From: Parasitella parasitica NRRL 2501
Taxonomy: Eukaryota; Fungi; Mucoromycota
Assembly (NCBI GenBank): GCA_025201805.1
Contig: MU619252.1
Coordinates: forward strand, 288,153 to 352,152
Direction of reading: 5' to 3'
DNA: 64,000 bases
How positions within the stretch are numbered: the stretch's first letter is position 1; each line of letters opens with the position of its first letter. A program made the translations under genes and the position numbers. Shown here piece by piece: positions 15,001 through 26,566 of the stretch. The notes below the pieces were generated by a model. That model was given only the letters and a program-made list of their open reading frames with translations. It had not been told where the DNA came from and did no database searches.

Positions 15001-15357
15001 TTGGCATTTACTGATATCCAGAGTAGCTTACCTGAGAATGATGCTTTGGTCCTGTCCTGTGCGTCTCATATTGAAATACACTCTTGTGGCTAATGCATAG
15101 ACATGAGGTTGTAAGGCAGGCTGCGTTGCAGACAAATCTCTGTATCCAATTTCAGCATAAGATTGCAATGTCGTATTGTTGAGTAATTCAAGTTGTTGAT
15201 ATGGATTGATGACCACAAGGTTGGAGTAACCGAGCTGGGTATATGTCAGGTTTCTTTTGTATCTGCTTGCCAGGAAATTCGAAATCGTTTCTTCAGAGGG
15301 CGGTTGCCCGCCTGTCTGATACAGGGATACAAGGTCTGTGCTAGAGTCTTGCTGCAT
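9088..15357 (-). CDS. Chitin synthase with N-terminal myosin motor (class V, myosin-17 type), cyt-b5-like domain and C-terminal DEK_C
   Basis: Spliced P-loop SGITGSGKS, EAFGHARTTQN and DQFGFQNF (myosin). GKRDSQ, VTCLPGCF, GEDRYLT and QRRRWINS (chitin synthase). Last exon VREQLSNILGFDMNFKKDYINTSIEYILQGKL* (DEK_C). Confidence 0.95.
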
Positions 15358-16587
15358 TGAAAGTTGAGCAAGAAGAAAAAGAAGAAAAAGACAGAAGATA
15401 TGTTAGTATATGATATCTGTCATTTAGGAGTGTGAATGCTATTTTTATACATGTGTATGCTTTTTTAATTCAACATTCTGGGTTCATGGCATGGCCATTC
15501 ATATCGCGGTTGGTGCATACAGTGCTTCCCACTCTGAATTTAGCGATTTTTGAAAGTCCGGATGCCTTTTTCGAAAAAAATGACCAATAGCATTAAGCTA
15601 AATTGACCCTCTTCATCTAAAATGTCTGACCGTCTATTCGAGAATAAATTAACCACTATATACTTCTTACATATAAACTGACCAATATTTTGGTCAAATT
15701 GATTACAAAGGCTCTTTATTTAAGTATTTAGGAAAACAATTGACAGAATTCTGCACGAAATTCATGTTTAAAGACGTCCGAATAAAAGGTTAAAAAGTGG
15801 TCATTTATTTGTAAGTGAGAAGTGGTTCAAACATTTGGGTCAATTTAGCCTCAATCTTTTTCAAAAATCATTAAAACATACCAAGAAGAAATGGAGTTAA
15901 CAAATGCTTTGGTGGGATGATTTTCGAGAAGTCGGCTTTAGGCCAAGCACATCTCATTTTCAGAAGCTAATCAAAAATACGTAAGCATTTCAGAAAATTA
16001 TAAGAAAAATATGTGCGTATGAAGCAAAGCATGGAATAAATGATCGTGTCATTTTCATTTAAAATAAAAGCTCTCTAAACAGAGTAAATAATGTTGACAG
16101 TCTGGCGAAAAAGCTTGAGACTCTCGCAATAGGATATGGTCTAACTAAAAAAGGCGATTTTTTAAGTTGTACGCCCTGCTCTATTTAAGCAAAGTATAAT
16201 AAACTATCATAAGTTAATTGTCGTGAAATTCTACAAAGAGCAATTTATTAAACTTCCAAATGCTAAAGCAAATAATAAAAATTTGACGCTCTACAAGCAT
16301 AAGATTTTGATTTTCAAAAAGTCCGACCACAGCTGTGGGTCCTTCGTTTGGTCTCGGTAGCAATGTTCACAAGTGGGTCCTCTAATCCAATCATAATCTC
16401 TATTTTTACAGGTTACTGGGTTTAAATACTGTTTTAAGCCAATAAAATAGAGCAATTTATTTCAAATGACCAATGGAAATGCTCAGAACGAGGTTATTGG
16501 GTTTCAAATACAATGTTTCTACTTTAAATTCAGACGATGTTAATTTTTTCTGGACGAATTGAAAGTAGAAAAACTGTACATCAATAG

Positions 16588-17344
16588 AAGAACCAGTGTT
16601 GGACAGATTAGACCGACGTACCTTTAACACCCTGAAGCGAGAATTCCTCCAGGATACTTATGCCACTCTCTGCAATGGTCCGAATAGCCAAATGATTTCC
16701 ACTTGCCGTCCAACTTTGGTGGTTGATCCTATTCTATGGCTGCCAATGACACGTATGGAGCGTAGTCAGGTACTTCGATGGCGTCTTGGCTGGCTTCCAG
16801 GAGGCAAACCACGCCCTTGCCCTTTCCACCCGACAACNNNNNNNNNNNNNNNNNNNNNNNNNNNNNNNNNNNNNNNNNNNNNNNNNNNNNNNNNNNNNNN
16901 NNNNNNNNNNNNNNNNNNNNNNNNNNNNNNNNNNNNNNNNNNNNNNNNNNNNNNNNNNNNNNNNNNNNNNNNNNNNNNNNNNNNNNNNNNNNNNNNNNNN
17001 NNNNNNNNNNNNNNNNNNNNNNNNNNNNNNNNNNNNNNNNNNNNNNNNNNNNNNNNNNNNNNNNNNNNNNNNNNNNNNNNNNNNNNNNNNNNNNNNNNNN
17101 NNNNNNNNNNNNNNNNNNNNNNNNNNNNNNNNNNNNNNNNNNNNNNNNNNNNNNNNNNNNNNNNNNNNNNNNNNNNNNNNNNNNNNNNNNNNNNNNNNNN
17201 NNNNNNNNNNNNNNNNNNNNNNNNNNNNNNNNNNNNNNNNNNNNNNNNNNNNAACTGGTCCGGGCAATGCAGTTATTCCAACTATTGTGCTCATTATGAC
17301 CATTTTTATTTTCCTTTTTATTTAATAAAATTTCTCATTTAACC
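16588..17344 (+). mobile_element. 5'-truncated non-LTR retrotransposon (LINE 3' end), spans an assembly gap
   Basis: DPILWLPMTRMERSQVLRWRLGWLPGGKPRPCP is homologous to the ORF2 C-terminus of the LINE at 26567 (DPILYLPLGRTARSRLVRWRLG). Flanked by the 12-bp direct repeat GTACATCAATAG at 16576-16587 and 17345-17356. AATAAA lies near the 3' end. Confidence 0.82.
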
Positions 17345-17515
17345 GTACATCAATAGTCAATTATGATGCGCTATCCCAAAACCCATGAAACGAGGAGCAC
17401 ACAAAGTGTATAAGATAAGCCTTAGTTCGGTTTATTACTGTCTCGCTTGAAGAGATTTAAAATATACATAGATTTTGCATGAAACGCTTTAATCAATAAA
17501 TTTACAAAATCTACA

Positions 17516-19390
17516 GGTAAAGGTCGTGACCGCCTTGCAGGCTCTAAAAATAAACCAAAAAAAAGATGCATCGCGAAAAAAAAATGGATGATTACATTCA
17601 CAAGTATTAGTGAATCTTCAACTATGTCTACGTTTTCTCCAGAGGTAGGTAAACGTTATGTAGACAATCAAAAAGTATCAAAGCTCTCATACATTCCAGT
17701 AAAGAAAAACTCAATTGCAGGTAATGCATATTTCTTATCCTCAAGGAGCCAAGAAGAAAATGGCGCCTTTGAACCTCTGAACTACAAGGAAAACAATAAT
17801 AACCGAGAGGACGATGGTGACCTTTACATTGATCGTGCCTCTATTGAAAGAGAAGAAGAAGAATTTATTCAATAGTTGAAGGTAGCCCTGTTGATGAATT
17901 GACTAAAACAATTCTTCAAAGACTTGGAAGATCTGCCAACCGTGGCGAACCTCCATCAGAATATACATTTGGCAGGACCTTCTGGGTGTCCAGTGCATGT
18001 CCAAGTTTTGCTCTACAAGGGAATCAACCACCAAAACCTAAGGATCTATATACATCTAGAATGTTTTTGTGGTTTCCACAATATTTGACGGGCAATGGAA
18101 AAAAGTTACTTTGTAGTGTACTTGAATGCAACGAACATCTCATTGTGAAATGCTTTACACCTAAAGCTTGTCGAGTGATTGACATCAAAGAGTAATTATA
18201 TTTATGCTAGCTAAAATATTAACGCATTAATTGTATTGTCTAGCTCTTTTTACATGCTGACATCTCGTTTTGTTTGCTCAAAATCTGCCCAGCATAACTT
18301 TACGGGTTATGACAATAATATCATTCGCCAGTTGCCTCTTCGAGTGCAAAATGATTTCCCAGCTCTGCTTACATTGAAGTCTGGTCTATCTTCCTCTTTA
18401 GTCAATTTAATACGTCCATTGATGCAAAACTCTGCTGGTCCTGGAAGAATTCATAAGATTCTGAGGGAAATCCATCGCTTACGATATGACAATCTCCAAT
18501 TTCAATATCTTGATGCCGCGCTTGAGTACAAAGACTCGTCTTCTGGTATAGTAACATATAAAGCAGCTGATTTTTTAGAGTTCGAAGATTGAAAGGGATG
18601 CTCTGGCCGTGTGCCTTCAGCTGTGTATATTGGTTATGTGTATACTTTGTATATGGAAAATCTGAAGGCAAAAATTGATTCAGAAATGATGAAGCTTGGC
18701 CGTGTTGTGTTAAAAGGAGATCACACCTTCAACATTATTAAAAAAAAAAAAATAGCAAAACTTAAAGGTGTATCCATATTCACGGCTCTTTACACCGTTT
18801 GTAACGAATTTGAGGAGATTCGTATGATGATTCTTGCTCCAACAAAGTCCCTACTGCATTTGGAAAAACGCTTTCAGGGATGATGAAGACTTACTCGAAA
18901 AATGAGGAAGAAAACCTTTGATTTTCTACACTGATAATGTGGTGGCTGATCAGCCGAGTCTGAAACGATGGATTCCATCATTAAAAGAAAAGGTCCAGCA
19001 TACCAACGAGGAAAATGGGGTCAGTTCAAACCTTCCAACTTATACAATTCCTGATGATGTCTCTATTCTATACCTGCAATCTGCTGTGCAAATTAATACC
19101 ATGGCCCCAAGATTAATTGATTGCTTGCATGCAGATACCAGAGGTCGCATTATACCAATACACGTATGCTTTGATTGCGAGTGGACAACAGAGTATATCA
19201 ACAAAGCTTCGTTTAGGCAGAAAATATCCTTGATATAAATTGCATTCAAAAAATCTGTATACCTATTTCATCTTGATAATACCTTTCTAATGCCTGGTAA
19301 ACTGAAGCTTTTGATTGAAGATACTGATATAATTAAAGTGGGCCGTTGTGTCAAACGAAATTTGTAGAAACTTTAAGCTGATTATAATCG
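17516..19390 (+). pseudogene. Decayed Dada-like DDE transposase with inserted DEDDy/WRN-type 3'-5' exonuclease
   Basis: Fragments in order: AT-hook-like GRDRLAGSKNKPKK; DUF6729-like block (FLWFP..C..C..RVIDI..FYML..RFVC..H..QLPLRVQNDFPALLT.KSG); LKGDHTF (D1); TVCNEFEEIR; FYTDN (D2); VCFDCEW..SLI.IA..VYLFHL..LLIEDTDIIKVG (exonuclease). Multiple stops and frameshifts; truncated before the DxxH and final E motifs. Confidence 0.7.
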
Positions 19391-19982
19391 CTTTGTTTCA
19401 AGCAAAGTGGTCTTTGAAGCACCCACGCTATGAGCCAACATTGTCGCATGCTTGCAATTTAAATCGATTCAGGGATTCTATTTAAGGGTAACGGTAGTCA
19501 ATTATCTTCTTTTTCGTAAATTATTAAGGATTATCTTGGCATGCTGATAATGGCAATGGGCCCAAAATTCAAATTGCGTATAAACCAGCGTTAATGAGGC
19601 CACTTTGACTTCAATATATACACTTCTATTTTGCATAGTGATAACCATTTACTAATTTGCCTTAAAAATATATTTACAACTTTGTTGGCTCTAACTTGAC
19701 TTGAAAAATGGCATCATCTGGGAATTAAAGAGGAAGCATCAAGCCAAAAGTCATCGTTCCAAATTATATATGGAATCGCTTGTTCTACAATATCGATATT
19801 TGGGCTTTTGTTATGCTATTTTAGATACTACTTGAGCAGAAAATGAAATTTGACCTGGTTTGAATTGCCACAACATTCATCAACCTTTCGCTTCAATATA
19901 GGAAAGGCCCCTACTAGATAACAACAATCATTAGATTTATTATGGCATAGTCGTTTATTCTTTATATACAAAAACAAATGAT

Positions 19983-21687
19983 TTAATTTTCATCATCTTC
20001 ACTATCCTCAATTAAAAAATCTTTAATTTGACTTAATAGTCTACCATCTCTACTTTGATCACAAACAGATTCAGTGACATAGGGTGGCAGCGACTCAATA
20101 GAGGTCTCGCTGTAATCCTTGAGGTTGACCTGACAGCTATAGCAGAAGAATTTGTTCATGTCTATTTGCGGTTCTTTCTTGCTATCGTTGCTCCCGCTAC
20201 CACAACATCCACCAGCAGGGTTAGCGCAATCTCCACAGCTATCCTTAGTTTTTACTGTTGGCTCATCGGCATCCAATACATCTGAGACAGTAATGTGTTT
20301 TCTCCATTCACCAATGTCGGCCTCGAAAGGCATCAAACAAATAGCACAAGTCTTGGTGAAATCCATGTTGGCGGAAGGGGTTAATTTCATGATAGTGCGA
20401 CAGATTGTGCTGACGGTAGATGGGAATCCACGTTCAATGCTTACAATAAAATCTTCAGTCAATCGATCAATTGATGTCTTTGCAGGCATCATAGTGCTGT
20501 AGTTATAGGGTAAGGTTTCGTATTGAGTGATGCTGGAAAAATGGTTATAAAAGCCAATTTCTTTGGAGAGCATATCTTTCATGGGACGCATGATGCTGAG
20601 GTCTTTCAAACTCTGATTGTTATCTACGCCAACGTCTAACGGCAAACTATATCCACGGCCCTTGCTGGTCATGGCAATCATCTTGATGGCCTGACGAGTC
20701 GCAGAATCAGCAATGAAAATGTATGCACAACTATACAACAGACATTAATACAAAATTTTGGACATCTAGCTTTAAATAATCGGCTTACCCCTCGCGTCTT
20801 GCAACAGTTACAAGCATTTCCATCTTCATGTTCCATAGCAAATCCTCTTTGGCAGTTGTTTTTTTTATGCTGTTGAATAATTGCTTTAATTGTTGCGCTT
20901 GCGTTTTGTTTGAGTTGCTTTGCACACAATTGACATAATGCTCTACAAAACGAGAAGTATTTGAATATTGGCTATATTGAAACTACCACTAAGCCCATCT
21001 TACCGTAATCTTTATTTTCAATACCTCCAGAGGTGGATTTCAAAATCTTGTCAAATGCGCCATTCTTTGTAAATTCAGGACCAAAAATTTCCTCCAAGCG
21101 ATGGCTGAAGTAATTGAATTTAGAAAAATTCTGCCTGAGATCTTGAGCTAATTTCTCGGTAGACTTTGCCTAATGATTATATGCATATTATTTAGTTTCT
21201 TTTTTCAGCATGAGTAAAGCAAATGATACCTACTGTTGCATCAAAGAGAGTGCTCTCGTCGATATGACAGATAATTGCTTCAGATATAAGTTGTATTTTT
21301 TTGAGTTCGGTTGGTTCTACATGCATAAAGCTCTTGGTTAAATTAACCATTGCACTTTAAATATCATGGTGGCATTAGTCAGATAAATCGTTATTTTACT
21401 TTTTTTAAGTTATCTTACATTGAGGAAGGGCCACCTGAACACGCCAACAAAACCTTTCCCTTCTTTCTATCAGTGGGTTTCAAACGATTTAAAATTGATC
21501 TGTATTTGCCCACAACTGTAAACATGAAGCAAGCCCTGCAGTAGCAAGATTAATTTGGTTTTTTTTATCAAATAAATCTACGAAAGACCTACTGGCAATA
21601 GGAGGCGAGACGGATTAATACTGTTGCCTTTTCAGTTTTACATTTGCAGCATTGCTTCGCAGACATTTTTGTAGTATTATGAACCAT
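19983..21687 (-). CDS. CTU2: Cytoplasmic tRNA 2-thiolation protein 2 (Ctu2/Ncs2), multi-exon
   Basis: N-terminal CCKCK..ATVLIR..YC, KVLLACSGGPSS, ADSATRQAIKMIAMTSKGRGYSLP, RPMKDML.KEI, FPSTVSTICRT, CAIC and FCYSC. The start could be 21687 or 21666. Confidence 0.9.
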
Positions 21688-23027
21688 TGTAACGGTGGAT
21701 GAAAGAGCTGCACAGTAGCAATTTTTTCCTGATTTCCTGGATATTTGCTCTCAGTCCTAAAAGCCACAGCAGTTTGAAGCGGATGTAAGATACTATTGCT
21801 GGTGTAGTATCTTATACATGATGAAATTGATATCCTCCATTATACGACAATTTTTTTCTTTTAGGTATTCAGTAAGTAATTACAATGCTTTACCTTTTTA
21901 ATATATATGATGGACAATAAATCATTTTCATAGTGTAAAGAAAATGAGAACAACTTGAGCACATTCGAAAATGATTTATATGAAATTGCATGCATATTCA
22001 CTTTGTTCAACGGCTATATTTATCTCTTTTCTTCAATCGTAAAATTCGTTACGAAATGAATCAGCTTGAAAATGAAATAAACAAACCCATCCTACTGCTA
22101 AAAAAATTTGCTTGGAGTGTTCAAAAATTTTAAGTTACAAGATATTTCAAACAAAGACAAAGCCAAGCCCATGAAGATACCTTTTGTAAGGGATTATTCT
22201 ACTATAGATCAATTTCAACCAGTAGATATACAAGATAAAGTGCTTGAAATAAATTATCAGATCACATATCTACAAACTCGGCACTGCCAAATGTTTGTAT
22301 TACTAAAAAAAAAGCATGCAATGGTCTTGTCGGCTTATACGCAACTAGTGTATGGAGGTTCTGTACCACTCTGAGCAATTACGGCATTGAAGAAAACAAC
22401 ATTGAACAAGTTGGAATAACTCATTTGCAAAGCTGGGACACGTCATATACTATTTAGTGCAAGTATCACTTGATATCTTAGAATTATACACCATCAAAAT
22501 CGTAATGAATTATGTAGAAGGGTCGTATATTTTTAACTTTGAGAAAATCTTGTCAAATACTATGTTCGGGTCATTTTTCGTATTCCTGATAAATCAAAAA
22601 TTCCAAACTTCGAGCAACTATTAAGCAAAAACACCCGTATAGCACATGTAGATGCTCATATGGCGTACATGTTTATCGCTTGTAATTTCATTAACAACAG
22701 TACGATGGAAGTAGCCATCAAGTTCCAGACTATGCTGGAAAAAATACTTTCTTGATCTAATTGCTTTTTGTGCCCAAAGTGGGAGAAGATTTCAAGTAGA
22801 TGATTCGAAAAGTGCCAGCCCAAAAGCGATCAGAGAAAACTTTCATTTTGCTCCTCATCAGCATTTAACCTAAAATAAACAGGATAGGTTTCAAATACCT
22901 GCAAAAATCTCCACAGGGAGTTTTCCATCATTCGTGAGATGTGTCTCTTTAAGAAAGATCCCGATTTGCCAGTTCCTTTCCTCAACCATTTTTCCCTCTA
23001 TTTCACAGTTATTACTATAAATGAATT

Positions 23028-24149
23028 ATGGGCGATGAAATCCAAAGAAAGACCCTGAAAGAAATAGTTAGGCATTTCACGCCATCGTGGTTTAGTATCA
23101 TTATGGGTACAGGTATTCTTTCGATTCTGCTACAAGTTTTTCCTTTCCAATTCCGAGGACTACAGACAATCGCGCTGGTTATCTTCATCATGAACGTAGT
23201 CATGTTTTGCGTATTCCTCATCATCACAATTGCAAGATACGCTATTTGGCCGTCGATTATCATACTTGTGTTGGAGCATTCGAATCAAAGTCTGTTTTTA
23301 GGAACAATGCCAATGGGATTAACGACGATCACAAACTTCATCACTCTCGCGCTGATAGATAAATTTCCCTGGGGTCAAAATCTAGCGTTTGTGCTGTGGA
23401 TCATTGAATATGTGCTGACAATCTTGACTGTTTTGGTGGTACCCTATTTTGTAATTGTACATCACAACCATGCACTGGATACCATGAATGGTACTTGGTT
23501 GCTGCCTATCGTTCCATGCGTGGTTGCTTCCGCCTCTGGTGGTTTATTAGCTCAGCATTTAGATCAAGGCCGTGCTCTAGTTATCTTGATCATATCTATT
23601 ATTACAATGGGAATGGGTCTATTATTAGCCTTATCCGTTATTGCTATATACTTTCATCGATTGGTCGTACACAAACTACCACCTAGAGAGGTCATCATCA
23701 GTTCCTTTTTACCGCTTGGTCCGCTTGGCCAAGGCGCTTACGGCTTAATTCAATTAGGAATTGCAAGCAAAACTATTTTGGGTGATCGATATATTCTTGG
23801 CCTGGGAGATGTGGCTCATTCCGTGGGCTTCTTGGCAGCTTTGTTCCTTTGGGGATATGGCGTATGGTATTTAGTTGTAGCCACTTTTTCTGTATGCATA
23901 ACAACAAGACAAGGTATTCCTTTTAATATGGGCTGGTGGGCTTTGACGTTCCCCCTTGGCGTCTTCACTACTGCGACTTTAAGTATCGGAGCAACACTTG
24001 ATTCGATGTTTTTCTTAGTCCTAGGCGCAATCTTTACATGCATGTTGGTTTTATTATGGTTATCAGTCATGGCCAAAACACTAAAAGGGATTTTTACTGG
24101 CGAAATGTTTTATGCTCCCTGTTTATCGCCTGTAGTCTTGAACGTATAA
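23028..24149 (+). CDS. TDT/SLAC1-family anion channel (Ssu1 sulfite efflux / Mae1 malate transporter-like), intronless
   Basis: HFTPSWFSIIMGTG, WLLPIVPCVVASASGG, SSFLPLGPLGQG and FNMGWWALTFPLGV; about 10 hydrophobic segments. Confidence 0.92.
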   Translation: MGDEIQRKTLKEIVRHFTPSWFSIIMGTGILSILLQVFPFQFRGLQTIALVIFIMNVVMFCVFLIITIARYAIWPSIIILVLEHSNQSLFLGTMPMGLTTITNFITLALIDKFPWGQNLAFVLWIIEYVLTILTVLVVPYFVIVHHNHALDTMNGTWLLPIVPCVVASASGGLLAQHLDQGRALVILIISIITMGMGLLLALSVIAIYFHRLVVHKLPPREVIISSFLPLGPLGQGAYGLIQLGIASKTILGDRYILGLGDVAHSVGFLAALFLWGYGVWYLVVATFSVCITTRQGIPFNMGWWALTFPLGVFTTATLSIGATLDSMFFLVLGAIFTCMLVLLWLSVMAKTLKGIFTGEMFYAPCLSPVVLNV

Positions 24150-24191
24150 CCACGTATTTATTAGATAATAAAAAAAAAAGTGTAGAACACA

Positions 24192-25170
24192 TTAACAGCA
24201 TCCGCCACCTGCAGCGTTTTCTTGAGCACTGTTACCGCCACTTCTTGATAATCCACCTCCTGCAGATTGATCTTGACTTGCTGTAGGGGGTGAAAGTTTA
24301 ATTGTATTTTGACCAGGAGCATTTACATTGTTATCATCTGCAGTTTTGACTGATTTTGGCATGTTTTCGTAAATGCGTTCAAATACGGTTTTAAATGCGG
24401 AATCAACATTGGTTGAGTCTAAAGCACTAGTTTCGAAAAACAGCATCTCTGAATCCTCTGCATATTGAATTGCTTCTTCTGTGCTTACTGCACGCGAATC
24501 TTTTAAATCCACCTTGTTTCCAACCAACATCAGCGATATTTTATCATCAGAATGATCACGAAGTTCCTTTAACCAATGATCTATATTTTGGAATGATGTT
24601 TGACGAGTGATATCTGGATCATTATTGTCATGAGTAAAAGATTGTCTTTCTTATTATCCTATTGTACCATAAACCAATAGAGCACCTACAGCACCGCGAT
24701 AATAACTACGAGCAAATAACGTTTTTAAGTATACCATTAGCCATTTAAAACACTAAATACTTTACGCTCCAGTGATTGCTCTATAACGTTCTTGTCCACT
24801 CGTGTCCCAAATTTGTGCTTTGATAGTGTGCTCGTTCTTTATATTTTTGATTAAAACGCATATCTCAGTATATGCTGTCCATTACTTACAATTTTGATAT
24901 TCTTCGTCGCAAATTCCACACCTAATGTGTTGTCACTATCGGATGCATATGCCATGTTTTGAATTCATATACACTTACCGATAGTACTTTTTGACTCGAG
25001 ATTAAACTCGTCATTCTATTGTTTTTGTTTACATACTTTTCAAAAATCATATTTCACTTAACACGGAAAAGAAAACTTACAGTGAAGCGAGACAACAAAT
25101 TGGATTTTCCTACACTTGAGTCGCCTATAATCACAATCTTGAATAAATAATCGTAATCGTCTTCAGACAT
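24192..25170 (-). CDS. RAB11: Rab11/Ypt3-family small GTPase, multi-exon
   Basis: [78 protein letters not shown] and a C-terminal CC prenylation motif. Confidence 0.92.
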
Positions 25171-26277
25171 ATTTTTTTCTTCTTTTTTGTCGAATGTATA
25201 TAGATATAAATGAGAGAAAAAGCAAAAAGCACAAAACGGGCCTATGAAGTTGAATTTATATACTGATTGAGAAGAGGTCCAATTTGCGTAACCATTGAAT
25301 TGCAATACCTGAAAGAAACTTTTTTTTATTCGTTAAATAAGATCGCGAGTTGTGTTTTATACTTTACAAGAATTATGATATTTCATTATGAGAAACTTGA
25401 ATGGCCAAATGCCACAAAATACTTCACCGTGAAAAGTCTCAATCATTTCTAGCACATGCCTTTTTCCTCCTGGTGTTTTTTGAGATTGGACCAAACTAAT
25501 TAGCAATAACGCGGTTTATTGCTGAAGATCCAGGTCATCTAGACTTTTTTTCAGAGAAAATTCGTTGTTTGCTTGTTTTAATTGTCTTTAAACTAAAATA
25601 GGTTTAAATATTACTATACTTCAGATGTTGCAGATTATAGTCTTATTAATTTCATAATTGTTTCGATTTTTACGTGGTTTTAAACATTTCTTAAAGCTGG
25701 GTAATAAAACATTTTCATTATTTTGCTGAAATACCTTCAGAATAATTTCTCATATGCATTGCTCAATTTTAAGATGCTTTTGTATGTCAAAATAAGTCAG
25801 TGAAATGAATCTGCCAATTGATACTTTTAAAAACATCACGTAACCATTTTCTTTTTGAGAATTAGCAAATTGTAAATGTAGAAAATATGCAAACATTAAT
25901 ACTGATGATACTCTGGGGTGGTGCTGTTTTGTGAATAAAATTGGGTTGTTTGGAATTTCTTGTAGTAAAAACAGATCAATCCCGAGACTAATTCAACTGT
26001 TTTGCTGTTGTTTAAGTGTATATTATGTCATATAACTAGGATGGTATGGTATCTCTGCAATAGAATAGCAATTGAGAATATAAGACAGAATTTAGACGTA
26101 AGAAAGTTCGATTCATTTCAAATATACAGTATAATTCAAGATACATCCAAGGCGAGACGTTTCCAGTTTTCAACATCAGATTCAGGAACATGGCTTCTAT
26201 TGGCTCAAAATTCAATCACGTGAGAATAATTAACTAAAGTAACAAAATTTATTTTACGCTCACAATAAATCAAGCAA

Positions 26278-26292
26278 AGCCGGGCTAGCTCA
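26278..26292 (+). repeat. Left target-site duplication (orphan tRNA-Lys nt -1..+14)
   Basis: AGCCGGGCTAGCTCA, identical to 31197-31211. Confidence 0.93.
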
Positions 26293-26566
26293 GTTTAAAG
26301 ATTGTTTTTTTATTTAAAGAATTTAGTGGGCACTCGATATGAGCATAGCCTAATTCCAAGTACTAATGTTGAGGACTAAAAAACCCCTGCAGAGCACTAT
26401 CAGCAAAGAGAAAAAATGGAGTGACAAGTGAATGCAGCACAGTGGGACTAGTGGTGCTACCATTGAGGATCTCGAGGGTCAACCAACGGATGGGAACTTT
26501 GATTTGACTTACCACCGTGGAGCCGCACGTAGAAAGCAACAATGGAGCATGTTCATCTCTGTCAGA

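Noticed and set aside
16350-16365. GTCTCGGTAGCAATG as a tRNA 5' stub marking a Dada target
   Set aside because: The resemblance is short and imperfect, and no matching tRNA remainder or TSD was found downstream of the transposase remnant.
16734-17325. Long ORFs spanning N runs (also 29974-31075 and 52629-53105)
   Set aside because: These are artefacts of translating through assembly gaps.
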